Counted from the stretch's first letter, positions 19,974 to 29,959 are shown. The stretch is 64,000 nt of DNA from Brevundimonas sp. (GCF_035935935.1 NZ_DASYWO010000004.1:209787-273786), one strand, 5' to 3'. Numbers and translations: made by a program. Notes: generated by a model not told the origin, from the sequence alone.

Positions 19974-20789
19974 ATGACCGCCGTCGCCGCCCCGCGCGTC
20001 CCGTCCGACCTCGCCTTCGCCCGCGATCTGGCGCGCGGGGCGGCGGGCGCCCTGATCTTCGCCGTGCCGCTGCTGATGACCATGGAGATGTGGGCCCTGG
20101 GCCATGCCATGGACCGGCCGCGGCTGGCGCTGTTCGTGGCCTCGGGCCTGCCGCTGCTGTTCGGCCTGTCGTGGTCGGTCGGCCTGCGCGAGGGCGGCGG
20201 CTGGCTGGACCACGCGCTGGAGACCCTGACCGCCGTGGCGCTGGGCTTTCTCGTCTCCACCGCGGTGCTCTTCGGCGTGGGGGCGCTCAGGCTGGACCTT
20301 CCCGTCGACGCCTGGCTGGGGCAGGCGGCGCTGCAGAGCGTGCCGGCGGGCATCGGCGCCCTTCTGGCGCGTCGACAGCTGGGCGCCTCGCGCGCGGGGG
20401 AACCTCGGGGCTATGCCGCCGAACTGTTCCTGATGATCGTCGGCGCCCTGTTCCTCGCGCTGAACATGGCCCCGACGGAGGAGATGCTCCTCATCGCATG
20501 GCGGCTGAACGCGGTGCAGAGCGTCGCCCTGCTGGCCGCGACCCTCGGCCTGATGCACGCCTTCGTCTACGGCGTCGGCTTCGCCGGGCAGCACGCGCAC
20601 GACCGCCCCTTGCTGGCCTTCTTCCACTTCACGGTCGCGGGCTACGGGCTGGTGCTGCTGACCTGCCTCTACGTTCTGTGGCTGCTGGGCCGCACGGACG
20701 GGCAGGGCGCGCACGAGATCGCTGCGCTGGCCGTCGTGCTCGGCTTTCCCGCCGGTCTGGGGGCCGCCGCCGCGCGGCTGCTGGTCTGA
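19974..20789 (+). CDS. polytopic membrane protein (resembles the TIGR02587 family)
   Basis: Start at MTAVAAPRV. Contains the FAVPLLMTMEMW motif. Translationally coupled to the next ORF by an ATGA overlap. Confidence 0.6.
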   Translation: MTAVAAPRVPSDLAFARDLARGAAGALIFAVPLLMTMEMWALGHAMDRPRLALFVASGLPLLFGLSWSVGLREGGGWLDHALETLTAVALGFLVSTAVLFGVGALRLDLPVDAWLGQAALQSVPAGIGALLARRQLGASRAGEPRGYAAELFLMIVGALFLALNMAPTEEMLLIAWRLNAVQSVALLAATLGLMHAFVYGVGFAGQHAHDRPLLAFFHFTVAGYGLVLLTCLYVLWLLGRTDGQGAHEIAALAVVLGFPAGLGAAAARLLV

Positions 20790-21178
20790 TGGCCCAGGCT
20801 CCGAAGTCCAGGGCGCGCGCGAAGTCGAAGTCGCCCCCGCCCCGCCCGCCGGTGCTGGAGTGGATCATGGCCGCGCTGGGCGCCGCCGTGATCCTGCTGA
20901 CCCTGACCCTGCTGCTGAAGGACGCCAAGGGCGAGGAAACGCCGCCCCAGCTGACCGCCCACGTCGTCGAGGCGCGCCCCCTGGCCGACGGCTGGGCGGC
21001 CGAGGTCGAGGTCGTCAACCGCGGCGACGAGACGGCCGCCCGCGCCCGCGTCGCCCTGATGGGGTCCGAGGCCGAGACCGACTACGTCCCCGGCCATGGC
21101 AAGGCGCGCCTGACCCTGATCGTCCCCGCCGATCCCGCCGCGACGTTGCCGGTGGTGAAGGGGTGGTCGGAGCCCTGA
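20789..21178 (+). CDS. single-TM protein (resembles the TIGR02588 family partner)
   Basis: MAQAPKSRARAKSKSPPPRPPVLEWIMAALGAAVILLTLTLLL..., 129 aa. The ATG overlaps the previous TGA at 20787-20791. Confidence 0.55.
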   Translation: MAQAPKSRARAKSKSPPPRPPVLEWIMAALGAAVILLTLTLLLKDAKGEETPPQLTAHVVEARPLADGWAAEVEVVNRGDETAARARVALMGSEAETDYVPGHGKARLTLIVPADPAATLPVVKGWSEP

Positions 21179-21189
21179 CGCTCCGCTAT

Positions 21190-23266
<2,077 letters not shown>

Positions 23267-23277
23267 CGAGGGCCAGC

Positions 23278-23441
23278 TTGACAACCACAGGTGCGCTGTC
23301 CAAGCTTAGCCTATGTGCGAGGTGCGCTAGCCAGCGTCGGGAAAATCACTTTGCAGGCCTGCAGCGAGATTAGCGGGTCGCCCTTTCGCAAAAGAAGCCC
23401 TGACTTGCCGACGCTGGTGCCTCCACATTGGGGGCTTGAGA
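23278..23441 (+). ncRNA. candidate structured leader / RT-associated non-coding RNA
   Basis: The non-coding gap between thiC and the RT has a TTGACA hexamer at 23278-23283. AGGTGCGCT repeats directly at 23289-23297 and 23320-23328. A perfect 10-bp inverted repeat, CCAGCGTCGG (23331-23340) and CCGACGCTGG (23408-23417), encloses 67 nt that includes the palindrome TGCAGGCCTGCA (23352-23363). Function is inferred, not shown. Confidence 0.3.
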
Positions 23442-25010
23442 ATGCAAGAACTCATAGAAGAAGCGCTTATCCGTAAGGCGAGATCGGCACTACGTCGGCA
23501 TCACGCGGGAATAGCGACGAGCCGAAAGTACGCCTCCAAGTATTCCAAGCGGACCGGCCAGGCTCCCGGCGCTCCCCGCATTACAGACCCGAGTGCTTGG
23601 GGCCTGCATCCCCACTTCGATCCAAAATACTGCATCAAGCACTCGCGTTTCTTGAGTCGCACGATCTGGCGCAAAATTCAGGCTGGGGAGTATGAACCAA
23701 CCCCCGCTGTCCAATACGAAATTGAAAAGCCGGGCGGAGGCGCTCGCGTCATCATGGCGTTCTCCATTCCAGACGCTGCTGTTGCAAATGTCGTCCATCG
23801 CGCCGCTACGCGAAGAAACATCAATATTCTTTCGAGCAACAGCTTTGCTTACCGTCCAGACAAGTCCGTATTTGATGCTATCATAAACCTCAAGCGCTCC
23901 GTTACTGGGAGTAAAGTTTATGTCGTCCAGTACGACTTTTCGAAGTTCTTCGATACTATCGATCAGGACTACATCTCGAAAATCATATCGGATCGGCGCA
24001 AATTTATCCTGTCCAACGCGGAGCGCACCGTCGCAAAGGCGTTCTTGCGTCACCGCTTTGCTCGCGTAGCAGATTACCCCGGCGGAACGTTTGAACAGCG
24101 AAGCGCGGGCGTTCCTCAAGGCAGCTCGATGTCCTTGTTCTTGTCAAACGCCACTGGCCACGCCCTCGACCTTTCACTGGAACAAATGAACGGGTCGTTT
24201 GTCCGTTTCGCGGATGACGTCGTCGCCGTCACTCAAACGTTCACTGATGCATTGCGTGTGGCCGAAGAGTTCCGCGCGCACTGCGCCGCGGCAGGCCTGC
24301 GGATCAACCGGGAAAAATCTCCCGGCATCCGCCTGTTAGGCGGAAGCAGTGAGCTTGAGAAACGCATCATGGCAATAGACGATGACGATATTGCCGACCT
24401 TAAAACAATTGATCATATCGACTATCTAGGACACCGAATCTGCCACGATAGGATTGAACTCCCTGACAAATCACTGCGGCGGATCAAGAAACGGATTTCA
24501 TCCATAGTCCACAAACACCTCTTTCTTTACACGAGAGGCCCACACGGCATCATGGGTCAAAACAGGATTGGCGCGGATTTCTTCGATTGGGATTTCGTCA
24601 CCTGCTTGAACGAGATCAGGAAATACATCTATGGCGGTCTCGGCGAGCGCCAGATCCAGCAGTTCCTGCTTCACAACCAGAAGCCACCTGGAATACGAGG
24701 GCTGATGGGCTTCATGCCCCTACTCACGAACCGTAGGCAGCTTGAGCAACTGGATGGCTGGCTTCTGAACATGCTGGTCCGTGCTCAGCGAGAGAGAGCC
24801 CGAGTAGCGACTGCTCATGGGTATCCGCTCCAACGACTCACCAGATCGCAGATCGTTGACGGTTCTTGGTATACATTTGGCGCAATCGCACAGGACTCTG
24901 CGGCCCCCAGTTTCGTGCGCGCTTGGCGCGCTGCACGGAAGTTTTATCTTAGATACGGCCTAATGGGGATCGAACCGCCTGCTTACTACTCGATGATCGA
25001 CTACCAGTAG
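23442..25010 (+). CDS. stand-alone reverse transcriptase (group-II-like/UG-DRT-like, unclassified)
   Basis: RT motifs occur in order: EIEKPGGGARVIMAFSIPDAAVANVV (1), YRPDKS (2), DFSKFFDTI (3), GVPQGSSMSLFLSN (4), FVRFADDVV (5, nt 24207-24218 = FADD), LRINREKS (6), IDYLGHRI (7). A ~190-aa helical C-terminal extension follows. GGGGG lies 8 nt upstream of ATG 23442. Sampled G+C is 43-50%, against ~65% in thiC. Confidence 0.9.
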   Translation: MQELIEEALIRKARSALRRHHAGIATSRKYASKYSKRTGQAPGAPRITDPSAWGLHPHFDPKYCIKHSRFLSRTIWRKIQAGEYEPTPAVQYEIEKPGGGARVIMAFSIPDAAVANVVHRAATRRNINILSSNSFAYRPDKSVFDAIINLKRSVTGSKVYVVQYDFSKFFDTIDQDYISKIISDRRKFILSNAERTVAKAFLRHRFARVADYPGGTFEQRSAGVPQGSSMSLFLSNATGHALDLSLEQMNGSFVRFADDVVAVTQTFTDALRVAEEFRAHCAAAGLRINREKSPGIRLLGGSSELEKRIMAIDDDDIADLKTIDHIDYLGHRICHDRIELPDKSLRRIKKRISSIVHKHLFLYTRGPHGIMGQNRIGADFFDWDFVTCLNEIRKYIYGGLGERQIQQFLLHNQKPPGIRGLMGFMPLLTNRRQLEQLDGWLLNMLVRAQRERARVATAHGYPLQRLTRSQIVDGSWYTFGAIAQDSAAPSFVRAWRAARKFYLRYGLMGIEPPAYYSMIDYQ

Positions 25011-25025
25011 CGGCAGTGCAGGAGC

Positions 25026-25235
25026 TCAGCGGCGCTGGAACGCCTTTCTCACCGCCGACCTCGCCATATCGACGGATTGTTTTCGGACCGAAGCTCGGAT
25101 TTCGGACATGGGTCCGAACGCTTCGCCGCAGTTCGAACAGGACGCCTGATCATCGTCGTCGACCGAGAGACTGGTCGGCTGATCGCACGCCGTGCACCGG
25201 AACGTGGCTGTGATTTCTCCGAGAGGTTTTGTCAT
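25026..25235 (-). CDS. small zinc-ribbon protein (69 aa)
   Basis: MTKPLGEITATFRCTACDQPTSLSVDDDDQASCSNCGEAFGP... with a CxxC-N16-CxxC pattern and a basic C-terminus. AGGAG (complement of 25244-25248) lies 8 nt upstream of the ATG. Convergent with the RT, with a 15-bp gap. Confidence 0.55.
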   Translation of the reverse strand: MTKPLGEITATFRCTACDQPTSLSVDDDDQASCSNCGEAFGPMSEIRASVRKQSVDMARSAVRKAFQRR

Positions 25236-25325
25236 TCGACTCGCTCCTGCTGAGATTCATCACACCACCGCTCGGGGCGATGTTCAACCTTTGTTCTGCA
25301 AAATTGGTATTAGGGCGCGACGCCC

Positions 25326-26015
25326 TCACCCCTCCCCTGCCATCCCCCGCAACGCCTCCTCGAACACCGCCGCCGGCTGGCCGCCGCTGATCAGCCACTT
25401 CCCCTCCACCACCACGGCGGGCACGCCGGTGATGCCGCGGGCGCGCCACAGGGCTTCTTCGGCGCGCACGTCGGCGGCGTACAGGTCGTCGGCCAGGACC
25501 TCGACGGCCCTGGCCCGGTCCAGCCCCGCCGCCGCGGCCGCGTCGGCCAGGACCTCGGGGTCGGTCAGGCGGCGCCCCTCGGTGAAGTGGGCGCGGAACA
25601 GGGCCTCCTTCAGCGCCCTCTGAGCCTCCGGCCCCACCGTCCCGGCCCACCACAGTAGCCGGTGGGCGTCGAAGGTGTTCCAGATGCGGCTGTCCTCGCC
25701 CATCCGCATCTGAAACCCGGGCCAGGCCTCGGCCGCGCGTTCGGTGATCATGGCGCGGTTGGCCGCCGACTGCTGCGGCGTCGATCCGTATTTGCGGCCG
25801 ACATGCTCGACGATGTTCTCGCCCTCCGGCGCCATCTGCGGGTTCAGCTCGAACGGGCGGAAGGTGATCTCGGCCCCGATCCCCTCGGCCTTCAGCCGCG
25901 CCAGCGCCGCCTCCAGCCCGCCCAGCCCCACCACGCACCACGGGCAGACCACGTCCGAGACGAAGTCGATCTTCAGGGTGCGGGCGGCGGGGGCGGGGGG
26001 CGCGGCGTCGGTCAT
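25326..26015 (-). CDS. DsbA family oxidoreductase (FrnE-like)
   Basis: DVVCPWCVVG thioredoxin-fold CxxC motif. 229 aa. Confidence 0.85.
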   Translation of the reverse strand: MTDAAPPAPAARTLKIDFVSDVVCPWCVVGLGGLEAALARLKAEGIGAEITFRPFELNPQMAPEGENIVEHVGRKYGSTPQQSAANRAMITERAAEAWPGFQMRMGEDSRIWNTFDAHRLLWWAGTVGPEAQRALKEALFRAHFTEGRRLTDPEVLADAAAAAGLDRARAVEVLADDLYAADVRAEEALWRARGITGVPAVVVEGKWLISGGQPAAVFEEALRGMAGEG

Positions 26016-26042
26016 GGCGGACAGATGGGGGCAGGCGACGGC

Positions 26043-26441
26043 TCAGGAAAGCTCCGCCCGCAGCCGCGCCTCCAGCGCCGCGCGGTCTTTCGTCTCGCAT
26101 TCCCAGACCGTGACCACCTTCAGCCCCCTGGCCGTCAACGCCGCCTCCACCCGCGCGTCGCGCGCCTGATTGCGCGCGAACTTGGCGGCCCAGTGCTCCG
26201 CGTTGTGCACCGGGGTGGTGGTCCGCCTGCAGCCGTGGCGATGCCAGAAGCAGCCGTGGACCAGCACGGCCCACCCCTGCGTCCGGTTGGCGAAGTCCGG
26301 CGTGCCCGGCAGGGCGCGCACGTGCTTGCGGTACTTCACCCCGATCGCGCGCAGCGCCTCGGCCGTGCGCGTCTCCGGCGTGGTGCCGGTCGAGCGCACG
26401 CGGCTCATGGTGCGGCTGGTCTGGGCGTTCAGCGGCTGCAT
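26043..26441 (-). CDS. vsr: very short patch repair endonuclease
   Basis: SRTMSRVRSTGTTPE...LPGTPDFA...VLVHGCFWHRH...W..KF..N..RD: classic Vsr motifs. 132 aa. Confidence 0.85.
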   Translation of the reverse strand: MQPLNAQTSRTMSRVRSTGTTPETRTAEALRAIGVKYRKHVRALPGTPDFANRTQGWAVLVHGCFWHRHGCRRTTTPVHNAEHWAAKFARNQARDARVEAALTARGLKVVTVWECETKDRAALEARLRAELS

Positions 26442-26482
26442 CGGAAGGCTGAGCGATTCCGGAAATGGTGCGTTCCGCCCTC

Positions 26483-29074
26483 ATGGCGAAGGGCGAACTG
26501 AAGACCTATCAGGCCAAGCGGCGCTTCGACGAGACGCCGGAGCCGAAGGGAAAGAAGGGCAGGGCGGGCAAGGCCGGCGGGTCCTATCTGATCCAGCGCC
26601 ACGCGGCCACGCGCCTGCACTGGGACTTCCGCATCGAGGTCGACGGAGTGCTGAAATCCTGGGCCGTGACCAAGGCCCCCTCCCGCGACCCCGCGGTCAA
26701 GCGGCTGGCGGTGGAGGTCGAGGATCATCCGCTGGACTATGGCGGGTTCGAGGGGACCATCCCGTCGGGCAACTACGGCGCCGGCACGGTCCAGATGTGG
26801 GACCGCGGCACGTGGGAACCCCAGCACCCGGAGACCCTGTCGGACGACTGGGCGCGCGGCTCCATCAAGATGACCCTGTCGGGCGAGCGCCTGCAGGGCG
26901 GCTGGGCCCTGGTCCGGCTGAAGAGCGATCGGGGAAAACCGTCCAAACGGGCGAACTGGCTGCTGATCAAGGAGAAGGACGAGCATGCCGTGCCGGGCGA
27001 GGGCGACGCCAATCTGGAGATCGACGCCAGCGTGACCACCGGCCGCTCGCTGGCCGAGATCGCGGAGGGGAAGAAGAAGTGGACCTCGTCGAAGCCCGTG
27101 GCCCGGAAGGCTCCGAAGACGCCGGAGCCGAAGGCGCGCGAGGCGAAGCTGGGCAAGCCCCCCGCCTTCGTCCCGATCCAGCTCTGCAAGGTGGCCGACC
27201 ACCCGCCGTCCGGCGCCGGCTGGGCGCACGAGATCAAGTTCGACGGCTACCGCGTGCAGGTCTCGACCGGCGGCGGCCAGGCAAGGGTCTACACCCGCCG
27301 CGGCCACGACTGGTCGGCGAAGTTTCCGGAACTGGCCGCCGACGCCGCGTCCTGGCCCGACGGCATCGTGGACGGCGAGGTCTGCGCCCTGGACGCCGAC
27401 CACATGCCCGACTTCTCGGCCCTGCAGGCCGCCATCGGCGACGGGCGGACGGCGGGTCTGGTCTTCTTCGCCTTCGACCTGCTGGCCGAGGGGACCGAGG
27501 ACCTGCGCAAACTGGCCCTTTCGCACCGCAAGGCGCGGCTTCAGGCCCATCTGGACCGCGTGCCGAAGGCGGCCGGCAAGCGCGTCCGCTACGTCGACCA
27601 TTTCGCCACCACCGGTCAGGCCGTGCTGGACAGCGCCTGCCGCATGGATCTGGAAGGCGTCATCTCCAAGAAGCTGGACGCGCCCTACGCCGCGGGCCGG
27701 TCGGGCGCCTGGCTGAAGTCCAAGTGCCGCGGTCGCGACGAGGTGGTGATCGGCGGCTGGTCGTCCGAGGGCGGCACGCGCTTCCGCTCCCTGCTGGTCG
27801 GCGTGCGCGAGGCGGGCGGCCTGCGCTCGCTGGGCCGGGTCGGCACCGGCTACGCCCAGCCCCTGCTCAAGACCCTGCTGCCGCCGCTCAAGGCCGCCGC
27901 TTCGGACACCAGCCCCTTCGCCGGCAAGGGGGCGCCGCGGGGCGGCCGCGACGTCCACTGGGTGAAGCCGGTGCTGGTCGCCGAAATCGAACACGGGGGC
28001 TACACCGAGAGCGGCACCCTGCGTCATGCCGCCTACAAGGGCCTGCGCGAGGACAAGGCCGCCGCCGAGGTGACCGAGCGGCCGCAGGCGCCCACGCCCG
28101 CCGGGAAGTCAGGAAAACCTGACAGGGTCGCCGCCGCCCTGCACGTGCCCGGCGAGCCCGCGCCCGGCGGAAAAAGGGGCAAGCTGATCGTCGCCGGCGT
28201 GTCGATCTCCAACCCCGACAAGATCCTGTGGCCCGCCGTGGACGACCGCCCGGCGATCACCAAGGGCGAGCTGGTCCGCTATTACGAAATGGCCGTCGAC
28301 CGCATCCTGCCGCACGTCGCCGACCGCCCCGTCTCCATCATCCGCGCGCCCGACGGCATCGCCGGCCAGAAATTCTTCCAGCGCCACGCCATGCCCGGCT
28401 CCAACCCCCGGCTGAAGCTGATGGACGTGAAGGAGCGCGCGCCCTACGTCGCCGTGTCGGACGTCGGGGGTCTGGTCGCCATCGGCCAGTCCGGCGGGCT
28501 GGAGCTGCATCCCTGGGGCTGCGCCCCTGACGATCCGGAGACGCCGGAGCAGATCACCTTCGACCTCGACCCCGACGAGGGCCTCGACTTCGCCGACGTC
28601 ATCGCCGCCGCGAAGGTGATGAAGAAGGAGCTCGAGGCGCTGGGCCTCAACCCCTTCGTCAAGACCACGGGGGGCAAGGGCCTGCACGTCGTCGTGCCGA
28701 TCCGGACCGACGCCCGCAGCCGCATCGAATGGGATCAGTGCAAGGCCTTCGCCAAGGAGGTCTGCGAGCGCGTCCGCAGGGACCAGCCCGACCGCTTCAC
28801 CACCACCATCGCCAAGAAGGCGCGAGGCGGGAAGATCTTCCTCGACTACCTGCGCAACGGCCGCATGGCGACCGCCGTCGCCCCCTGGTCGCCCCGCGCG
28901 CGGCCGGGCGCGGGCGTCGCCTTCCCGCTGTCGTGGGGGCAGGTCAAATCCGGCCTGGACCCGCGCGCCTTCACCCTCCACGACGCCGCCGCCCTCCTCA
29001 AGAAACCCGACCCCTGGCCCGACTTCCGCGCGGGCGCGGTCAGCCTCAGGCCGATCCTGAAGAAGGTGCTCTAG
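26483..29074 (+). CDS. ligD: DNA ligase D (phosphoesterase-ligase-polymerase)
   Basis: N-terminal PE domain (YLIQRHAATRLHWDFRIE), ligase adenylation motif EIKFDGYR, and a C-terminal LigD polymerase/primase domain. Start is either 26465 or 26483. Confidence 0.9.
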   Translation: MAKGELKTYQAKRRFDETPEPKGKKGRAGKAGGSYLIQRHAATRLHWDFRIEVDGVLKSWAVTKAPSRDPAVKRLAVEVEDHPLDYGGFEGTIPSGNYGAGTVQMWDRGTWEPQHPETLSDDWARGSIKMTLSGERLQGGWALVRLKSDRGKPSKRANWLLIKEKDEHAVPGEGDANLEIDASVTTGRSLAEIAEGKKKWTSSKPVARKAPKTPEPKAREAKLGKPPAFVPIQLCKVADHPPSGAGWAHEIKFDGYRVQVSTGGGQARVYTRRGHDWSAKFPELAADAASWPDGIVDGEVCALDADHMPDFSALQAAIGDGRTAGLVFFAFDLLAEGTEDLRKLALSHRKARLQAHLDRVPKAAGKRVRYVDHFATTGQAVLDSACRMDLEGVISKKLDAPYAAGRSGAWLKSKCRGRDEVVIGGWSSEGGTRFRSLLVGVREAGGLRSLGRVGTGYAQPLLKTLLPPLKAAASDTSPFAGKGAPRGGRDVHWVKPVLVAEIEHGGYTESGTLRHAAYKGLREDKAAAEVTERPQAPTPAGKSGKPDRVAAALHVPGEPAPGGKRGKLIVAGVSISNPDKILWPAVDDRPAITKGELVRYYEMAVDRILPHVADRPVSIIRAPDGIAGQKFFQRHAMPGSNPRLKLMDVKERAPYVAVSDVGGLVAIGQSGGLELHPWGCAPDDPETPEQITFDLDPDEGLDFADVIAAAKVMKKELEALGLNPFVKTTGGKGLHVVVPIRTDARSRIEWDQCKAFAKEVCERVRRDQPDRFTTTIAKKARGGKIFLDYLRNGRMATAVAPWSPRARPGAGVAFPLSWGQVKSGLDPRAFTLHDAAALLKKPDPWPDFRAGAVSLRPILKKVL

Positions 29075-29901
29075 AGCGTACCCGTCCCCTCCACCTCGAC
29101 CGGCCCGGTCATCATCACGTGACCCGTCGCCTCGTCCCAGGCGATCTCCAGCTCGCCGCCGTCCACGGCGACCGTCGCGGCGCGCTCCGTCAGCCCTCTG
29201 CGCGCGCAGGCGACCAGGGCGGCGCAGGCGCCGGTGCCGCACGCCAGGGTCAGGCCCGCGCCGCGCTCCCACACCCTCAGCCGGATGCGGTCCCGCGCCT
29301 CGACGTGGGCGAAGCCGACGTTGACGCCCTCGGGGAACAGGGGGTGGTGCTCGATCAGCGATCCGGTCGCCCGCACGAAGGCGTCGTCCGGCACATGATC
29401 GATGAAGAAGACCACGTGCGGATTGCCCATGCTGACCGCGCCCGGCGTGTGCAGCACCGGCGCGTCGATCGGCCCGACCTGCAGCTCGATGCCGCGCGTG
29501 TCCATTTCCTCGGCCAGCGGCACGTCGCGCCAGTCCAGCCGCGGCGGTCCCATGTCCACGGTCACGCGGCGCGGCCCGGCGCGGGTGGCCGTCGTCCGCC
29601 CGCCCAGGGTGTCGATGGCGACCGCGTCGCGACCGCTGGCCTCCATCAGCATCCAGCCGACGCAGCGCAGGGCGTTGCCGCAGGTCTCGACCGGGCCGCC
29701 GTCGGCGTTCCACACGCGCATGAAGGCGTCGGCGTGGGCGGAAGGCTCGATGGCGATCAGCTGGTCGCAGCCCTGTCCGGTCGCGCGGTCGGCGATCGCC
29801 CGCGCCTCCGCCTGCGTCGGCGCGAACGGACGTGACAGCGCGTCGACGACGACGAAGTCGTTTCCGCAGCCGTTCATCTTGACGAAGGGACGCCCGCTCA
29901 T
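29071..29901 (-). CDS. dapF: diaminopimelate epimerase
   Basis: FVKMNGCGNDFVVVD and ACGTGACA catalytic Cys motifs. 276 aa. Confidence 0.9.
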   Translation of the reverse strand: MSGRPFVKMNGCGNDFVVVDALSRPFAPTQAEARAIADRATGQGCDQLIAIEPSAHADAFMRVWNADGGPVETCGNALRCVGWMLMEASGRDAVAIDTLGGRTTATRAGPRRVTVDMGPPRLDWRDVPLAEEMDTRGIELQVGPIDAPVLHTPGAVSMGNPHVVFFIDHVPDDAFVRATGSLIEHHPLFPEGVNVGFAHVEARDRIRLRVWERGAGLTLACGTGACAALVACARRGLTERAATVAVDGGELEIAWDEATGHVMMTGPVEVEGTGTL

Positions 29902-29959
29902 GCCGGGGATATAGAGCGCGGCGGTTTCCGATGCGAGCGACGCGCGTTATGCCCGGACG

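Noticed and set aside
23291-23476. 61-aa ORF (GTG start) covering the RT leader
   Set aside because: It has no RBS and an Arg/Pro/Ser-rich sequence. It overlaps the RT start and sits on the inverted and direct repeats, so the region is better explained as structured RNA or a promoter.
23490-24119. 209-aa minus-strand ORF inside the RT gene, and the 65-aa plus-strand ORF 25016-25213 opposite the zinc-ribbon gene
   Set aside because: Both are antisense to ORFs with strong motif support (RT motifs) or with an RBS plus CxxC pairs (the zinc ribbon). They have no motifs or RBS of their own.
23442-25010. RT interpreted as a group II intron, a retron or a DGR RT
   Set aside because: - Group II intron: no space for intron domains downstream (15 bp to the next gene), and no recognisable domain V or En domain.
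- Retron: no VTG after motif 7, and the upstream inverted repeat encloses only 67 nt.
- DGR: no TR/VR repeats, motif 5 is FADD, and the protein is much larger than DGR RTs.

None of these can be excluded without HMM or phylogeny work, so the RT is left unclassified.
25310-25328. Short hairpin GGGCG-nnn-CGCCC overlapping the DsbA-family stop, as a terminator or islet boundary
   Set aside because: The stem is only 5-6 bp with a 3-nt loop, and there is no adjacent U-tract. I also found no direct repeats flanking the islet that would mark an att site, so no boundary feature is claimed.
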